This document shows, in pieces, positions 1 through 9,811 of a stretch of DNA of 64,000 nucleotides; position 1 is the stretch's first letter; every line of letters begins with the position of its first letter. The stretch comes from an uncultured Bacilli bacterium. Its GTDB lineage: Bacteria > Bacillota_I > Bacilli_A > RFN20 > DUOF01. The stretch lies in assembly GCA_934183255.1 (NCBI GenBank), contig CAKPSD010000001.1, positions 581,728 through 645,727 on the forward strand, in the 5' to 3' direction. The notes under the pieces are model-generated. The model saw nothing but the letters and a program-made list of their open reading frames with translations. It had not been told where the DNA came from and did not search any database. Both the position numbers and the translations under genes were made by a program.

Positions 1-779
1 AAATCTTTATAATCAAAAGTTAATACAATACCTATTCCCTTTGTAGAATACTTATCAGAAACATTCTTTAACTCTAAGTTCCCAGAATATGCATATTCTC
101 CTTTTACTATTCTTTTATTAATCGCAAATGGAAGCATATTATCATAAAGATCAGATAATTCTATATAAGTTATACCTAAACTACTAACATAATCATATCC
201 AGTAGAAGCATCACTATACTTTGTATTTTCTTCAATAAGTCCTAAAAGTTTTCCACTATTTTCATTAGTTCCACCCCAAGTTTCATGACTAGTAAAATTT
301 TCAACGTTTATTCCATATATCATTCTATATTTTTTTGCTATTTTCAAATATTGCTTTACACTTGTTTCATCACTATTTACTATAGTAATTGAATTTTCAT
401 CATAAATTAGATTTCTAGTTAAAGTATTATTTATAAATTTTCCATATGGATCAATTACATTATTATATTCATTACCATTTTTTAATTTTACATAATAAGA
501 ATACTCTTTTCCTAATAAGTTTCCAGAAATATATCCCATCCAAATATTTGAATTATCATTTTTTTTAATTAATGTTACTTCTCCATCACTTAAATCATCT
601 ACGATAACTTTTACTTCTTCTGCTTCTGTAGAATAAAACTTAAATATTGTTTGTGACGATGTATAAATATATCCTAATTCATCAGATACAAAAGAATCTT
701 CTGCTTTTACTACATTTGAATTAGCAAAAAAAGCTACTATTAATAAAACAAAAATATAAATATAATTTTTTAATTTCAT
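1..779 (-). CDS. Secreted pullulanase-like glycoside hydrolase (GH13), N-terminal part; gene continues beyond window start
   Basis: Minus-strand ORF missing from the track because it is truncated at the window edge. ATG at 779 then MKLKNYIYIFVLLIVAFFANSNVVKA signal peptide. CBM48-like block (YTSSQTIFKFYSTEAEEVKVIV). Block IYGINVENFTSHE...GKLLGLIEE...GYDYVSSLGITYIELSDLYD resembles the pullulanase type I region IYE.HVRDFS...GK.LG..E.GT..GLDHLKELGVTH..LLP. Confidence 0.5.
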   Translation of the reverse strand, partial: MKLKNYIYIFVLLIVAFFANSNVVKAEDSFVSDELGYIYTSSQTIFKFYSTEAEEVKVIVDDLSDGEVTLIKKNDNSNIWMGYISGNLLGKEYSYYVKLKNGNEYNNVIDPYGKFINNTLTRNLIYDENSITIVNSDETSVKQYLKIAKKYRMIYGINVENFTSHETWGGTNENSGKLLGLIEENTKYSDASTGYDYVSSLGITYIELSDLYDNMLPFAINKRIVKGEYAYSGNLELKNVSDKYSTKGIGIVLTFDYKD

Positions 780-890
780 TATAAAATCAACTCCTATTAA
801 AATTTTATCAAAATGAGGCTTTATAAACAATAAAATATTGTTTATTTACCTTAAATATATTAAAATTTTATTATGAAAGAAGTGTGTTAA

Positions 891-1835
891 ATGGATAAGC
901 AAAAATTTAAAAGTAATATAAAAACATTAGCTAAATCAACTTATAGCAACAAAGCATTATTTGAAAGAAGAAAGAACTCATTTATTGTTCCAATTATTAT
1001 CTTTCTATTAGTAATTTTTATGCTATGTGTCCCTTCATATATTTTAGCTAGAAAGGTGAAAAGTTCTAATATTATAAAAAACTTTCCAGAAATATATGCT
1101 CCTATGGAATCATTATTAACAAGAAATTTAGATTGTCATGTTAGCAATAAACTTTTAGTTTGTGATGAAAATGCAGAAAAAGTAAATATATTAGTAGGTG
1201 ATTCAATAAAATATACAGTTATAGCAAATAATCCTACTATTTCTATAGATACTAATGTTGTATACGAAAATCCAAAAGATACTGACAATATAATATTATT
1301 ACTAAGCAAATATATAAAAATTAGATATAGCCAGCGTGATTATGTAAATGGAAAAGTTAACACTTATGAAATTATAGGTGATTATAGTGATTTTGAGGGA
1401 TATGATTTTAAAGATATATCTCAAAAGATTGCAAACAATCCAAGTATATTAAACTCTGAAATAGAAAGTTTTGTTCATACAACATATCTTTCTACATTAG
1501 ATACAAAACTATTAGTAAATATATCTAGCCTACTAGTTTCATTCATTATGTTAATTCTAGTTACTTCACTTATCTTAAAAGGTCCATATTTATTTAGACG
1601 TAAAAAGGGATTTAAATTCAGTGAATGTTTAAAAATTTCTTTAACATCTTCCCTACCTGCTCTATTACTAGGAATTATAGTTTACTTTTTAACTGGTATG
1701 GATTTTGCTAATGCTTTTGGAATAATATTTATGGTAAGAATTGTGTTTATATACTTTAAGTATATATTCTCAACAAAAAATAATATATATAAATCTTTAT
1801 ATGCAGAAACAAAAGAAGAGAGGTTTAATGTCTAA
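891..1835 (+). CDS. Hypothetical polytopic membrane protein (one N-terminal TM, central extracytoplasmic region, three C-terminal TMs)
   Basis: Hydrophobic segments at aa 33-55 and in the C-terminal ~100 aa. Stop overlaps the maf start (TAATG), which suggests an operon. Confidence 0.5.
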   Translation: MDKQKFKSNIKTLAKSTYSNKALFERRKNSFIVPIIIFLLVIFMLCVPSYILARKVKSSNIIKNFPEIYAPMESLLTRNLDCHVSNKLLVCDENAEKVNILVGDSIKYTVIANNPTISIDTNVVYENPKDTDNIILLLSKYIKIRYSQRDYVNGKVNTYEIIGDYSDFEGYDFKDISQKIANNPSILNSEIESFVHTTYLSTLDTKLLVNISSLLVSFIMLILVTSLILKGPYLFRRKKGFKFSECLKISLTSSLPALLLGIIVYFLTGMDFANAFGIIFMVRIVFIYFKYIFSTKNNIYKSLYAETKEERFNV

Positions 1836-2386
1836 TGTATATATTAGCTAGTGCTTCTCCGCGAAGAAAAGAACTATTAAAAAAGATAATAGATGATTTC
1901 AAAATAATTACAAGTAATGTAGACGAAACTTACCCTGATACAATGGATAAAATGTCAGTAGCAGAATTTTTAGCTACCAAAAAAGCTTTATCTGTATTTG
2001 AAAACAATAAAAATGATATTGTTATAGGTTCCGACACTGTTATTGTTTACAACAATAAAATTTATGGTAAACCTATAAATAAAGATGATGCAAAAAATAT
2101 GTTAAAAGAATTTTCTAATAACACGCATTATGTTGTTACTGGAGTTTGTGTTGCATCACAAAAAAGAACATTATCGTTTTCTTCAATTAGCAAAGTTACA
2201 TTTTATGAACTAAGCGATAACGAAATTGATGAATATTTAAGTGATGACGAATACAAAGACAAAGCTGGTTCCTATGCAATACAGGGAAAAGCTTCCTTAT
2301 TTATAAAAAATATAGATGGTGACTATAATAGCATAATTGGTTTACCTATTTCTGAGTTAAATAGAATATTAAAGAACTTCTTTTAA
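1835..2386 (+). CDS. maf: Maf-like nucleoside triphosphate pyrophosphatase
   Basis: N-terminal LASASPRRKELL, then GSDTVIV and YGKP motifs; C-terminal AGSYAIQG. 183 aa. Confidence 0.85.
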   Translation: MYILASASPRRKELLKKIIDDFKIITSNVDETYPDTMDKMSVAEFLATKKALSVFENNKNDIVIGSDTVIVYNNKIYGKPINKDDAKNMLKEFSNNTHYVVTGVCVASQKRTLSFSSISKVTFYELSDNEIDEYLSDDEYKDKAGSYAIQGKASLFIKNIDGDYNSIIGLPISELNRILKNFF

Positions 2387-2423
2387 TAAATTGAATATAT
2401 TGTAATATAGGAGGCAAATAACT

Positions 2424-2654
2424 ATGCGTAGACCACAATATTACAATACTTATTATCAAAGTTCTTATCCTATAAACACTACTGAAGAAAGATTTATAGG
2501 GCCTGTTATACCATTTATAGGTGGAGCCTTAATTGGCTATATTGCAGGAAGGCCACAATATACTTATAATAATCCACCTTACTATCCAGTATATTATTAT
2601 CCTACATATCCTTATTATCCACAAACACCTACTAATTATACAAATATGAACTAA
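2424..2654 (+). CDS. Small Tyr/Pro-rich protein with a central hydrophobic segment
   Basis: Strong RBS AGGAGG 8 nt upstream. 76 aa; YYNTYYQSSYP ... GPVIPFIGGALIGYIAG ... PPYYPVYYYPTYPYYPQTP. Followed by an intrinsic terminator. Confidence 0.5.
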   Translation: MRRPQYYNTYYQSSYPINTTEERFIGPVIPFIGGALIGYIAGRPQYTYNNPPYYPVYYYPTYPYYPQTPTNYTNMN

Positions 2655-2659
2655 AAACA

Positions 2660-2688
2660 ATCCGCCAGTCATTCTGGTGGTTTTTTTA
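2660..2688 (+). terminator. Rho-independent terminator ending the maf operon
   Basis: Hairpin CCGCCAG-loop-CTGGTGG followed by T7. Confidence 0.6.
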
Positions 2689-3327
2689 TATTAAATATAC
2701 ATTAAAATAATGTATTCTAATTTCAAAATTTTAATAAATTTAATACTTTTTATTAACTGTAGTTAAATACTCTTTTAATACTATTTGTTCTTACGTTTAT
2801 ATCAAATATGAATATTCTAAATATCAAACAACGATCTATAACACAAATATCATTAAATAAATTCTTTGGTATGGAGAAAATTTATTTAAATACTATTTAG
2901 CATAATAAATGACAATATATTATTATAAATAATATAAAAGTATAAATTAGCTATTAAAACATCATTTTATATACAAGACTTTCTTGGTATGATAAAAAAA
3001 CTTATATTTATAATATTGAACTTTATAGCGTTTATAAACAATTATTACATTAGCTGGGGACTAATATTTTAATTTATTTATAATGGTTAAAATAGATTAA
3101 AAATACAAGTAAGATCATCTTTATCCTTTGAGGAAGAATAGCAAAATTTTTCTCACATATAAGTTTATAACAAACTCTTGGGGTTACTACTCAAATATTC
3201 TAAGAATAGTAAGAATTGTTAACAAGTAACTTATAAAATTGTATTATGAAAATATCTATTTTTATAAAAAAAGCTATTGATTTTTCGCCAACAGCCCTAA
3301 AAATACATTTACATATAATATTTTAAT

Positions 3328-3672
3328 TTATTTTATATTTTCATTTAAATACTTATAGATAATAGGTGCTTTTTTACCTATTACTAACGTTGCTTTTTTA
3401 TTAGATACAACAATGGATTCTACTCCATTATCTTTTATCTTTTCTTTGTCCAAATCTTTTTTATTTTCAAAATTAAAGCTAATTCTAGATCCATTTAAAA
3501 CTAAATTAGTGATATTATCTTTACCACCTATTGCTTCTAGTAATTCAGGAAATTCTTGACTTTCTTTAATTTTATTTTTTCTTTTTAGCAAAATGATTAA
3601 CACTATTATAAATGCAATTAATAACACTGCACTACAACCTATAATTAACCATCTCAGCTGTTCTTCAGACAT
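3328..3672 (-). CDS. Membrane-anchored protein with a degenerate PTS EIIB(Glc)-like domain (catalytic Cys replaced)
   Basis: N-terminal TM (LIIGCSAVLLIAFIIVLIILL). LLEAIGGKDNITNLVLNGSRISF aligns to the EIIB(Glc) signature [20 protein letters not shown], with Cys changed to Asn and TRLR changed to SRIS. RBS TAGGAG upstream. Confidence 0.55.
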   Translation of the reverse strand: MSEEQLRWLIIGCSAVLLIAFIIVLIILLKRKNKIKESQEFPELLEAIGGKDNITNLVLNGSRISFNFENKKDLDKEKIKDNGVESIVVSNKKATLVIGKKAPIIYKYLNENIK

Positions 3673-3760
3673 TTTAAATATTCACTCCTATATATTTTTA
3701 TTTTTATTGTTTTTATGTATAAAAGGAAGAAAATCCTTTTATACACATTTAAACAATGAA

Positions 3761-3961
3761 TTAATTGTATACTATAATTTGAATAGCTAATCCAATAATC
3801 ATTGCCGCTAATAGCAAGATAACGAAAACTTTCATAGCAATAGTAGCAAAACTATCTTTTTCCTTTGCTTTTCTTGCATCTATTCTTTCTTGTTCTCTTT
3901 TACTTATCTTATTACTACGTATGATTTTTCTTTGTTGTTGAGCCATTATTAGTATCTCCAA
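3761..3961 (-). CDS. Small tail-anchored membrane protein (66 aa), immediately downstream of rplQ
   Basis: Basic N-terminus and a C-terminal TM (VFVILLLAAMIIGLAIQIIVY). 12-nt gap after rplQ. No recognisable family. Confidence 0.4.
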   Translation of the reverse strand: MEILIMAQQQRKIIRSNKISKREQERIDARKAKEKDSFATIAMKVFVILLLAAMIIGLAIQIIVYN

Positions 3962-3973
3962 ATTTTAATTTAA

Positions 3974-4366
3974 TTAAACTAATTCAACAATAGCCATTGG
4001 AGCATTATCTCCACGTCTATTACCTATTTTAAGCATTCTAGCATAGCCACCGCTTCTATCTGCATATTTAGGTGCTATTTCATCGAATAATTTTTGTAAA
4101 GCAGTTTTAGTTTGCTCTTTATCAACATAAACATCTCTAACTACTGCAGCAGCTTGACGACGTGCGTGCAAGTCACCTCTTTTAGCTAAAGTTACCATTT
4201 CATCTGCTAATTCAACTAATTCTTTAGCTGTAGCATATGTTACTTCAACTCTACCATATGTAATTAAGTCTGTTACTACATTTCTTAACATTGATTTATT
4301 TTTACTAGTAGTGTATGGTGTTTTAAATTTTACACCAACTTTACCATGAAAAGTTTTACGTGCCAT
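3974..4366 (-). CDS. rplQ: 50S ribosomal protein L17 (with a ~20-aa N-terminal extension)
   Basis: MLRNVVTDLITYGRVEVTYATAKEL core matches L17. RBS AGGAGG. Confidence 0.9.
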   Translation of the reverse strand: MARKTFHGKVGVKFKTPYTTSKNKSMLRNVVTDLITYGRVEVTYATAKELVELADEMVTLAKRGDLHARRQAAAVVRDVYVDKEQTKTALQKLFDEIAPKYADRSGGYARMLKIGNRRGDNAPMAIVELV

Positions 4367-4383
4367 TAAAAATTTCCTCCTTC

Positions 4384-5334
4384 CTAGTTACTATCTTTGA
4401 AGCTTAATCCTAAGTTAGCAACTTTATCTTTTACTTCTTTAATTGATTTTTTACCCATATTACGAACTTTGCATAAATCATCTTCAGTTCTTAAAATTAA
4501 TTCTTGAACAGTTTGAATATTAGCTCTCTTTAAGCAATTATATGATCTTACAGAAAGATCTAATTCTTCAATTGTCATATCATTAAATTTATTAACAACT
4601 GGAGCAACTGTTTCTTGAAGAACATTTTCATATTTATCAAGATTGCTTAAATCACATAATAAACTGAAATAATCATTTAAGATTTTAGAAGCTACTGCAA
4701 TAGCTTCATTTGGAGTCATACCTCCATTTGTCCATACATCTAGGTATAGTTTTTCATAATTTGTACTTTGACCAATACGAGTTGGTTCAGTTTCATAAGA
4801 AACCTTTCTAACTGGAGAATAATTAGAATCAGTTGGAATAATTCCAAAATGTGTTCTACTACCCTTATTATTTTCAGCAGTAACATAACCTCTACCATTC
4901 TTTGCATAGATAGTCATATTAAGTGTTCCACCTGCACTAACTGTTGCTATGTATAAGTCCTTATTAATAACTTCTACATCACCTGGGCAAACAATATCAG
5001 CAGCTGTAACTACTTTAGGTCCTTTTACAGAAATTTTTAATTCTTTCTTAACATTATCATCGTCATCAATCTTCAAAATTAAATCTTTTAGGTTTAAAAC
5101 GATCGTTGTAACATCTTCTCTAACTCCATCAAGAGCACTAAATTCATGTCTAGCGCCTTCTACTTCGATAGCATAAACACTAGCACCAGGAATAGAAGAT
5201 AATAAAACTCTTCTTAAAGCATTACCTAAAGTTGTACCAAATCCTTTTTCAAGTGGTTCGATAGCAACTCTTAAGTAATTAGCTTCATTAACTTCATTTG
5301 ATGGAATAATCTTTGGTTTTTCAAACTTTCTCAT
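4384..5334 (-). CDS. rpoA: DNA-directed RNA polymerase subunit alpha
   Basis: YLRVAIEPLEKGFGTTLGNALRRVLLSSIPGA N-terminal domain. 316 aa. Position after rpsK. Confidence 0.95.
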   Translation of the reverse strand: MRKFEKPKIIPSNEVNEANYLRVAIEPLEKGFGTTLGNALRRVLLSSIPGASVYAIEVEGARHEFSALDGVREDVTTIVLNLKDLILKIDDDDNVKKELKISVKGPKVVTAADIVCPGDVEVINKDLYIATVSAGGTLNMTIYAKNGRGYVTAENNKGSRTHFGIIPTDSNYSPVRKVSYETEPTRIGQSTNYEKLYLDVWTNGGMTPNEAIAVASKILNDYFSLLCDLSNLDKYENVLQETVAPVVNKFNDMTIEELDLSVRSYNCLKRANIQTVQELILRTEDDLCKVRNMGKKSIKEVKDKVANLGLSFKDSN

Positions 5335-5374
5335 TATTATTTTTCTCCTTTACTGAATATTATTGGTCAACTTA

Positions 5375-5791
5375 TTATCCACGTGGACGTTTAGGTGGAC
5401 GACAACCATTGTGTGGAACTGGTGTTGCATCAATGATTGCTTGAATTTCTAATCCTGCAGTTTGAAGAGCTCTAACTGCTGCTTCTCTACCAGGACCAGG
5501 TCCTACGATATTAACATCAACTGTTTTTACTCCATAATCTTTTGCACTTGTAGCTGCTGCTTCAGCTGCCATTTGTGCTGCATAAGGAGTAGATTTTTTA
5601 GCACCCTTGAATCCTAATGCACCTGCACTAGACCAAGTTAATACGCTACCATTTTCATCAGTTATAGAAACGATAGTGTTGTTAAATGTTGAATGAATAT
5701 GTGCGATTCCTTTAACAACATTTTTACGAGCACGTTTTTTACGAACCGCAGTATTTGTAGCAGTTTTTCCTTTAGTTGTTGCTTTTGCCAT
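5375..5791 (-). CDS. rpsK: 30S ribosomal protein S11
   Basis: [18 protein letters not shown]...[17 protein letters not shown]. Confidence 0.9.
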   Translation of the reverse strand: MAKATTKGKTATNTAVRKKRARKNVVKGIAHIHSTFNNTIVSITDENGSVLTWSSAGALGFKGAKKSTPYAAQMAAEAAATSAKDYGVKTVDVNIVGPGPGREAAVRALQTAGLEIQAIIDATPVPHNGCRPPKRPRG

Positions 5792-5803
5792 GTTCTAACC
5801 TCC

Positions 5804-6178
5804 TTATTGTGCTGCTTTCTTCTTATTAGCAATAGTTTTACGTGGTCCCTTACGAGTACGAGCGTTAGTTTTAGTGCTTTGTCCTCTTACAGGTAAACCT
5901 TTACGATGTCTTAATCCACGATAACTACCTATTTCACTTAAACGTTTAATGTTTAAAGCTACTTCTCTACGTAAATCTCCTTCTACTCTATATTTAGAAA
6001 CTTCATTACGTATTTTAGTTAACTCTTCTTCAGTTAAGTCTTTTACTCTTTTATCTTCTGAGATATTTGTAGCTTTCAAGATATCTTGAGCTAATGGTTT
6101 CCCAATACCATATACATAAGTTAATGATATAACAACTCTCTTATCGTTTGGTATATCTACTCCAGCAATACGTGCCAT
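5804..6178 (-). CDS. rpsM: 30S ribosomal protein S13
   Basis: [26 protein letters not shown]. Confidence 0.95.
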   Translation of the reverse strand: MARIAGVDIPNDKRVVISLTYVYGIGKPLAQDILKATNISEDKRVKDLTEEELTKIRNEVSKYRVEGDLRREVALNIKRLSEIGSYRGLRHRKGLPVRGQSTKTNARTRKGPRKTIANKKKAAQ

Positions 6179-6197
6179 TTAATTTTCCTCCTTAAAA

Positions 6198-6311
6198 TTA
6201 ACCTTGTCTTTGTTTATGTTTAGGGTTTTCGCAAATGATCATTATACGACCTTTTCTACGAATTACTCTACATTTATCACAAATTGGTTTTACTGAAGGT
6301 CTTACTTTCAT
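6198..6311 (-). CDS. rpmJ: 50S ribosomal protein L36 (zinc-ribbon type)
   Basis: Not in the ORF track (37 aa). Translates to [49 protein letters not shown] upstream. Confidence 0.85.
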   Translation of the reverse strand: MKVRPSVKPICDKCRVIRRKGRIMIICENPKHKQRQG

Positions 6312-6377
6312 ATTTCCTTCCTCCTTATACTTTTTTTACTTATTAATTTTACACCATTTTCCTAAATATTCCAAGCA

Positions 6378-6614
6378 TTAATTTGGTTTATAGTTTGTAG
6401 GAAAACGATACTTTATACGCCCACGTGTTAAATCATATGGGGAAATTTCAACTGTGACTCTATCACCTAGTAAAATGCGGATAGAATTGTTTCGGATTTT
6501 ACCAGAAACATGGGCAAGAATCACCATCCCATTATCTAACTTTACCTTGAATTGAGCATTTGGTAAAGTTTCAACTACTTGAGCCTCAACTTCAATTACA
6601 TCTTCTTTTGCCAC
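6378..6614 (-). CDS. infA: Translation initiation factor IF-1 (GTG start)
   Basis: [40 protein letters not shown]...[23 protein letters not shown]1-like fold. Confidence 0.9.
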   Translation of the reverse strand: MAKEDVIEVEAQVVETLPNAQFKVKLDNGMVILAHVSGKIRNNSIRILLGDRVTVEISPYDLTRGRIKYRFPTNYKPN

Positions 6615-6629
6615 TTAATTAACCTCCTA

Positions 6630-7379
6630 TTAGACCTTAGTTAAGATTTCATAACCTTCATCTGTTACCACAACGGTATGTTCATAATGTGCAGTTATTT
6701 TTCCATCTAGCGTTTTAACTGTCCAATCATCAAGAAGTGTTCTTGTATGATAGTCACCTAAAGTTACCATAGGTTCAACTGCTATTACCATTCCTTTAAC
6801 AATCTTAGGACCTCTTCCAGCTATTCCATAGTTTGGAATAATAGGATCCTCATGTAAATTACTGCCAACACCATGTCCAGTGTAATCTCTAGGAACACCA
6901 TAACCATGGGCTTCAACAAAAGTTTGAACGGCATGAGATATATCACTTATTCTATTTCCAGGTTTAACTTGTTCTAATCCTTTAAATAGTGATTCTTCAG
7001 TTACTTTCATTAGCTCCTTAGCCTCTTCACTTACTTCACCAACAGCATAAGTCCAAGCACTATCTCCATGATATCCTTTAAAGTTTGCGCCAATATCAAT
7101 TGAGATAATATCACCATTTTTAAGAATATGTTTTGCATTAGGAATTCCATGTACTAATACATCGTTAATTGATGTGCATATGCTTCCTGGAAATCCTCCA
7201 TATCCTTTAAATGATGGGGTTGCACCTTGGCTTAGAATAAATTTTTCTGCCAATTCATCAAGTTTTTTAGTAGAGATTCCTTCTTTTATAAATGGCTTTA
7301 AATACTGATGAGTTAATCCAACAATCCTGCCAGCTTGTCTTAATAACTCAATTTCTTTTTCATTTTTTATAGTAATCAC
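6630..7379 (-). CDS. map: Methionine aminopeptidase type I
   Basis: 249 aa. Metal ligands in D..D...H...E..E context ([23 protein letters not shown]). Position after adk. Confidence 0.9.
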   Translation of the reverse strand: MITIKNEKEIELLRQAGRIVGLTHQYLKPFIKEGISTKKLDELAEKFILSQGATPSFKGYGGFPGSICTSINDVLVHGIPNAKHILKNGDIISIDIGANFKGYHGDSAWTYAVGEVSEEAKELMKVTEESLFKGLEQVKPGNRISDISHAVQTFVEAHGYGVPRDYTGHGVGSNLHEDPIIPNYGIAGRGPKIVKGMVIAVEPMVTLGDYHTRTLLDDWTVKTLDGKITAHYEHTVVVTDEGYEILTKV

Positions 7380-8026
7380 TACTTAACACCTCCAAGTATT
7401 CTATTAATGTCTTGTGATACTTTTTCTATATCTTGAAGGGCATTGACATTTGCAAGTAGATTTCTTTTGTCATAGAAATCAATAAGTGGAACAACTTGAG
7501 TATGGTATACTTCGAGTCTTCTTTTGATACCTTCTTTTGTATCATCATCTCTTTGATATAAGGCTTGCCCGCACTTGTCACAAATGCCTTCTTTTACAGT
7601 TTTTTTGTAAATTTTGTGATATGTTTCACCACATTTACAAACTAGACGGCCACTAATTCTATCAACTATAGCTTCATCGTCTATTTCAAGATTGATAACT
7701 TTATCAATCTTCCTGTCATATTTTTTTAATAATTCATCAAGTAAATTTGCTTGATGAAGAGTTCTAGGATATCCGTCAAACAAGATACCCATATCACTAG
7801 CACAAGTTTTTACTTTTTCTTCTAGAACCTGCAAAACTATTTCATCATCAACAAGTCTTCCTTGTTTTTGCAAGGAAGCAATTTTAACTCCTATTTCATC
7901 ATTTTTATTTCTTCTTTCTCTAAGTAGTTCTCCTGTTGATATAGGAAGCAAATTGTACTTCTTTGCTGCCATTTGAGATTGGGTACCCTTACCACTAGAG
8001 ATAGGACCTAAAAATATAATATTCAT
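7379..8026 (-). CDS. adk: Adenylate kinase (zinc-lid type)
   Basis: [11 protein letters not shown]-loop. Lid CKCGETYH...CDKCG. Confidence 0.9.
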   Translation of the reverse strand: MNIIFLGPISSGKGTQSQMAAKKYNLLPISTGELLRERRNKNDEIGVKIASLQKQGRLVDDEIVLQVLEEKVKTCASDMGILFDGYPRTLHQANLLDELLKKYDRKIDKVINLEIDDEAIVDRISGRLVCKCGETYHKIYKKTVKEGICDKCGQALYQRDDDTKEGIKRRLEVYHTQVVPLIDFYDKRNLLANVNALQDIEKVSQDINRILGGVK

Positions 8027-8039
8027 TATAAATTGCCTC

Positions 8040-9347
8040 CTACATGAATCCCTTGTATTCTTTACCAGCTAATTTTGCTTTAATTTGCTCATAAGTTTCA
8101 CTAGCAACCCCGACCAAGATGATAATACTAGTTCCACCAAAGGCTATTGCACTATTTAAATCAAAATAGATTGGTAACAATACTGGTAATACTGCAATTG
8201 CTGTTAGAGTAATTCCACCAACAAAAGCAACTCTATTAATAACTCTAAATAAGTATTTTTCTGTTTCTTTTCCTTGTCTAATTCCTGGTATGAATGAATT
8301 ATTCTTAGCTAAGTCTTCACTAAGTTTTTTAGAATCCATTTGCATGTTTGTCCAGAAGAATGTAAACATGATAATTAAAACGATGTAAATAATTAATCCC
8401 CAATATACTCCTCCTACTTTAGTAGAATAGTTAAATATTGCTGCTACCTTTGCTGCACCCGTACTATTAGGAAACATAGAAGCAATTGTAACTACTGCCA
8501 TCATTAATGAAGAGGCAAATATTACAGGCATAACACCTGAAGGGTTTAATTTTACTGGTAAATGATGTACATCTCCAGCTTTTATTTGTGTTGTATTTTG
8601 TGAATGCTGTAAAGGTATTTTACGAACACTATTTTCAATAAACACAACGAATATAATTACTAATAAATACGATAATACATAGATCAATAACTTTATAAAT
8701 CCTTTGAACATTTCTACACTAGTTCCTGTTAAATTAACAAAACTATAATATGCACTTAAGAATTGATTTGGAATACTAGCGATAATACCTGCAAATATTA
8801 TCATAGAAACTCCATTACCAATACCGCGTGATGTAATTCTATCAGCTAGCCACATCGTAAACATTGATCCGGCTATAAGAATTGTTGTTATGTAAATATA
8901 ATTCCAAGTTGTAAACTCTCCACCACCAATAGGCTTTAAGCCATAATTATTTTTCATTACTAGAATTGTTCCATAACCTTGTACTGCTGCAAGTAACAAA
9001 GTTAAATATCTGGTTGCGTTATCAATTTTCTTTCTTCCTTTTTCACCTTGTTTAGTTAAGTCTTCAAGTTTTGGAAGAATTCCCATTGATAACAATTGAA
9101 TAATAATTGAAGCTGTAATATATGGAGATATACCTAATGCAAATAATGAGAATGATTGTAAGTTTCCTCCACCTAATACATTCATTAGAGTGAATATGTC
9201 ACTACCGCTGAATGTAATAGAGCTAGAATCAACTCCTGGAACTATAAGTGTACATCCAAATCTGAATATAAGCATAATTCCAAGTGTGAATATAATACGC
9301 TCTCTTAGTTCTTTATTTTTAAAGATAGAGACTAATTTTCGTATCAT
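8040..9347 (-). CDS. secY: Preprotein translocase subunit SecY
   Basis: 435 aa, 10 TM. GISPYITASIIIQLL motif. Confidence 0.95.
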   Translation of the reverse strand: MIRKLVSIFKNKELRERIIFTLGIMLIFRFGCTLIVPGVDSSSITFSGSDIFTLMNVLGGGNLQSFSLFALGISPYITASIIIQLLSMGILPKLEDLTKQGEKGRKKIDNATRYLTLLLAAVQGYGTILVMKNNYGLKPIGGGEFTTWNYIYITTILIAGSMFTMWLADRITSRGIGNGVSMIIFAGIIASIPNQFLSAYYSFVNLTGTSVEMFKGFIKLLIYVLSYLLVIIFVVFIENSVRKIPLQHSQNTTQIKAGDVHHLPVKLNPSGVMPVIFASSLMMAVVTIASMFPNSTGAAKVAAIFNYSTKVGGVYWGLIIYIVLIIMFTFFWTNMQMDSKKLSEDLAKNNSFIPGIRQGKETEKYLFRVINRVAFVGGITLTAIAVLPVLLPIYFDLNSAIAFGGTSIIILVGVASETYEQIKAKLAGKEYKGFM

Positions 9348-9348
9348 A

Positions 9349-9789
9349 TTAGATCACCTCAATTGATCCACCAGCATCTACGATAGCTTTTTCAGCTGAC
9401 TTAGTAAATTTGTTTGCTACTACAGTTAGTTTCTTAGTTAATTTACCATTACCTAATACTTTTAATGTATCATACTTAGTCTTTAAAATTCCTTTTTCTT
9501 TTAATGTTTCTAATGTAACTTTAGAACCAGCTTTTAATGTTTCTAAATCACCAACATTAACTGTTGCATATTCTTTTTCAGTATAGTTAGTAAATCCTCT
9601 CTTTGGAGAACGACGATACATTGAAGTTTGACCACCTTCAAAACCGATTCTAACGCCTCCACCAGTACGAGAGTTTTGACCTTTATTACCAGTTCCACAG
9701 TTTTTACCTAAACCAGAACCATAACCTCTACCTACTCTTTTAGAAGTTTTTCTTGATCCTTCTGCACTTTTAAGTTCATTTAATTTCAC
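9349..9789 (-). CDS. rplO: 50S ribosomal protein L15
   Basis: MKLNELKSAEGSRK..KRVGRG.GSG.GK..G.G.KGQ. Confidence 0.9.
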   Translation of the reverse strand: MKLNELKSAEGSRKTSKRVGRGYGSGLGKNCGTGNKGQNSRTGGGVRIGFEGGQTSMYRRSPKRGFTNYTEKEYATVNVGDLETLKAGSKVTLETLKEKGILKTKYDTLKVLGNGKLTKKLTVVANKFTKSAEKAIVDAGGSIEVI

Positions 9790-9811
9790 TTTATTGTACC
9801 TCCCTTATAGT

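Noticed and set aside
4768-5176. Plus-strand ORFs 4768-4956 and 4949-5176 inside rpoA
   Set aside because: Antisense shadow ORFs within a well-supported gene. Low-complexity Ser/Thr-rich translation. No RBS.
9790-9811. Possible rpmD (L30) between rpsE and rplO
   Set aside because: The gap is only 22 nt, so there is no room for an ORF. L30 is genuinely absent from this locus.
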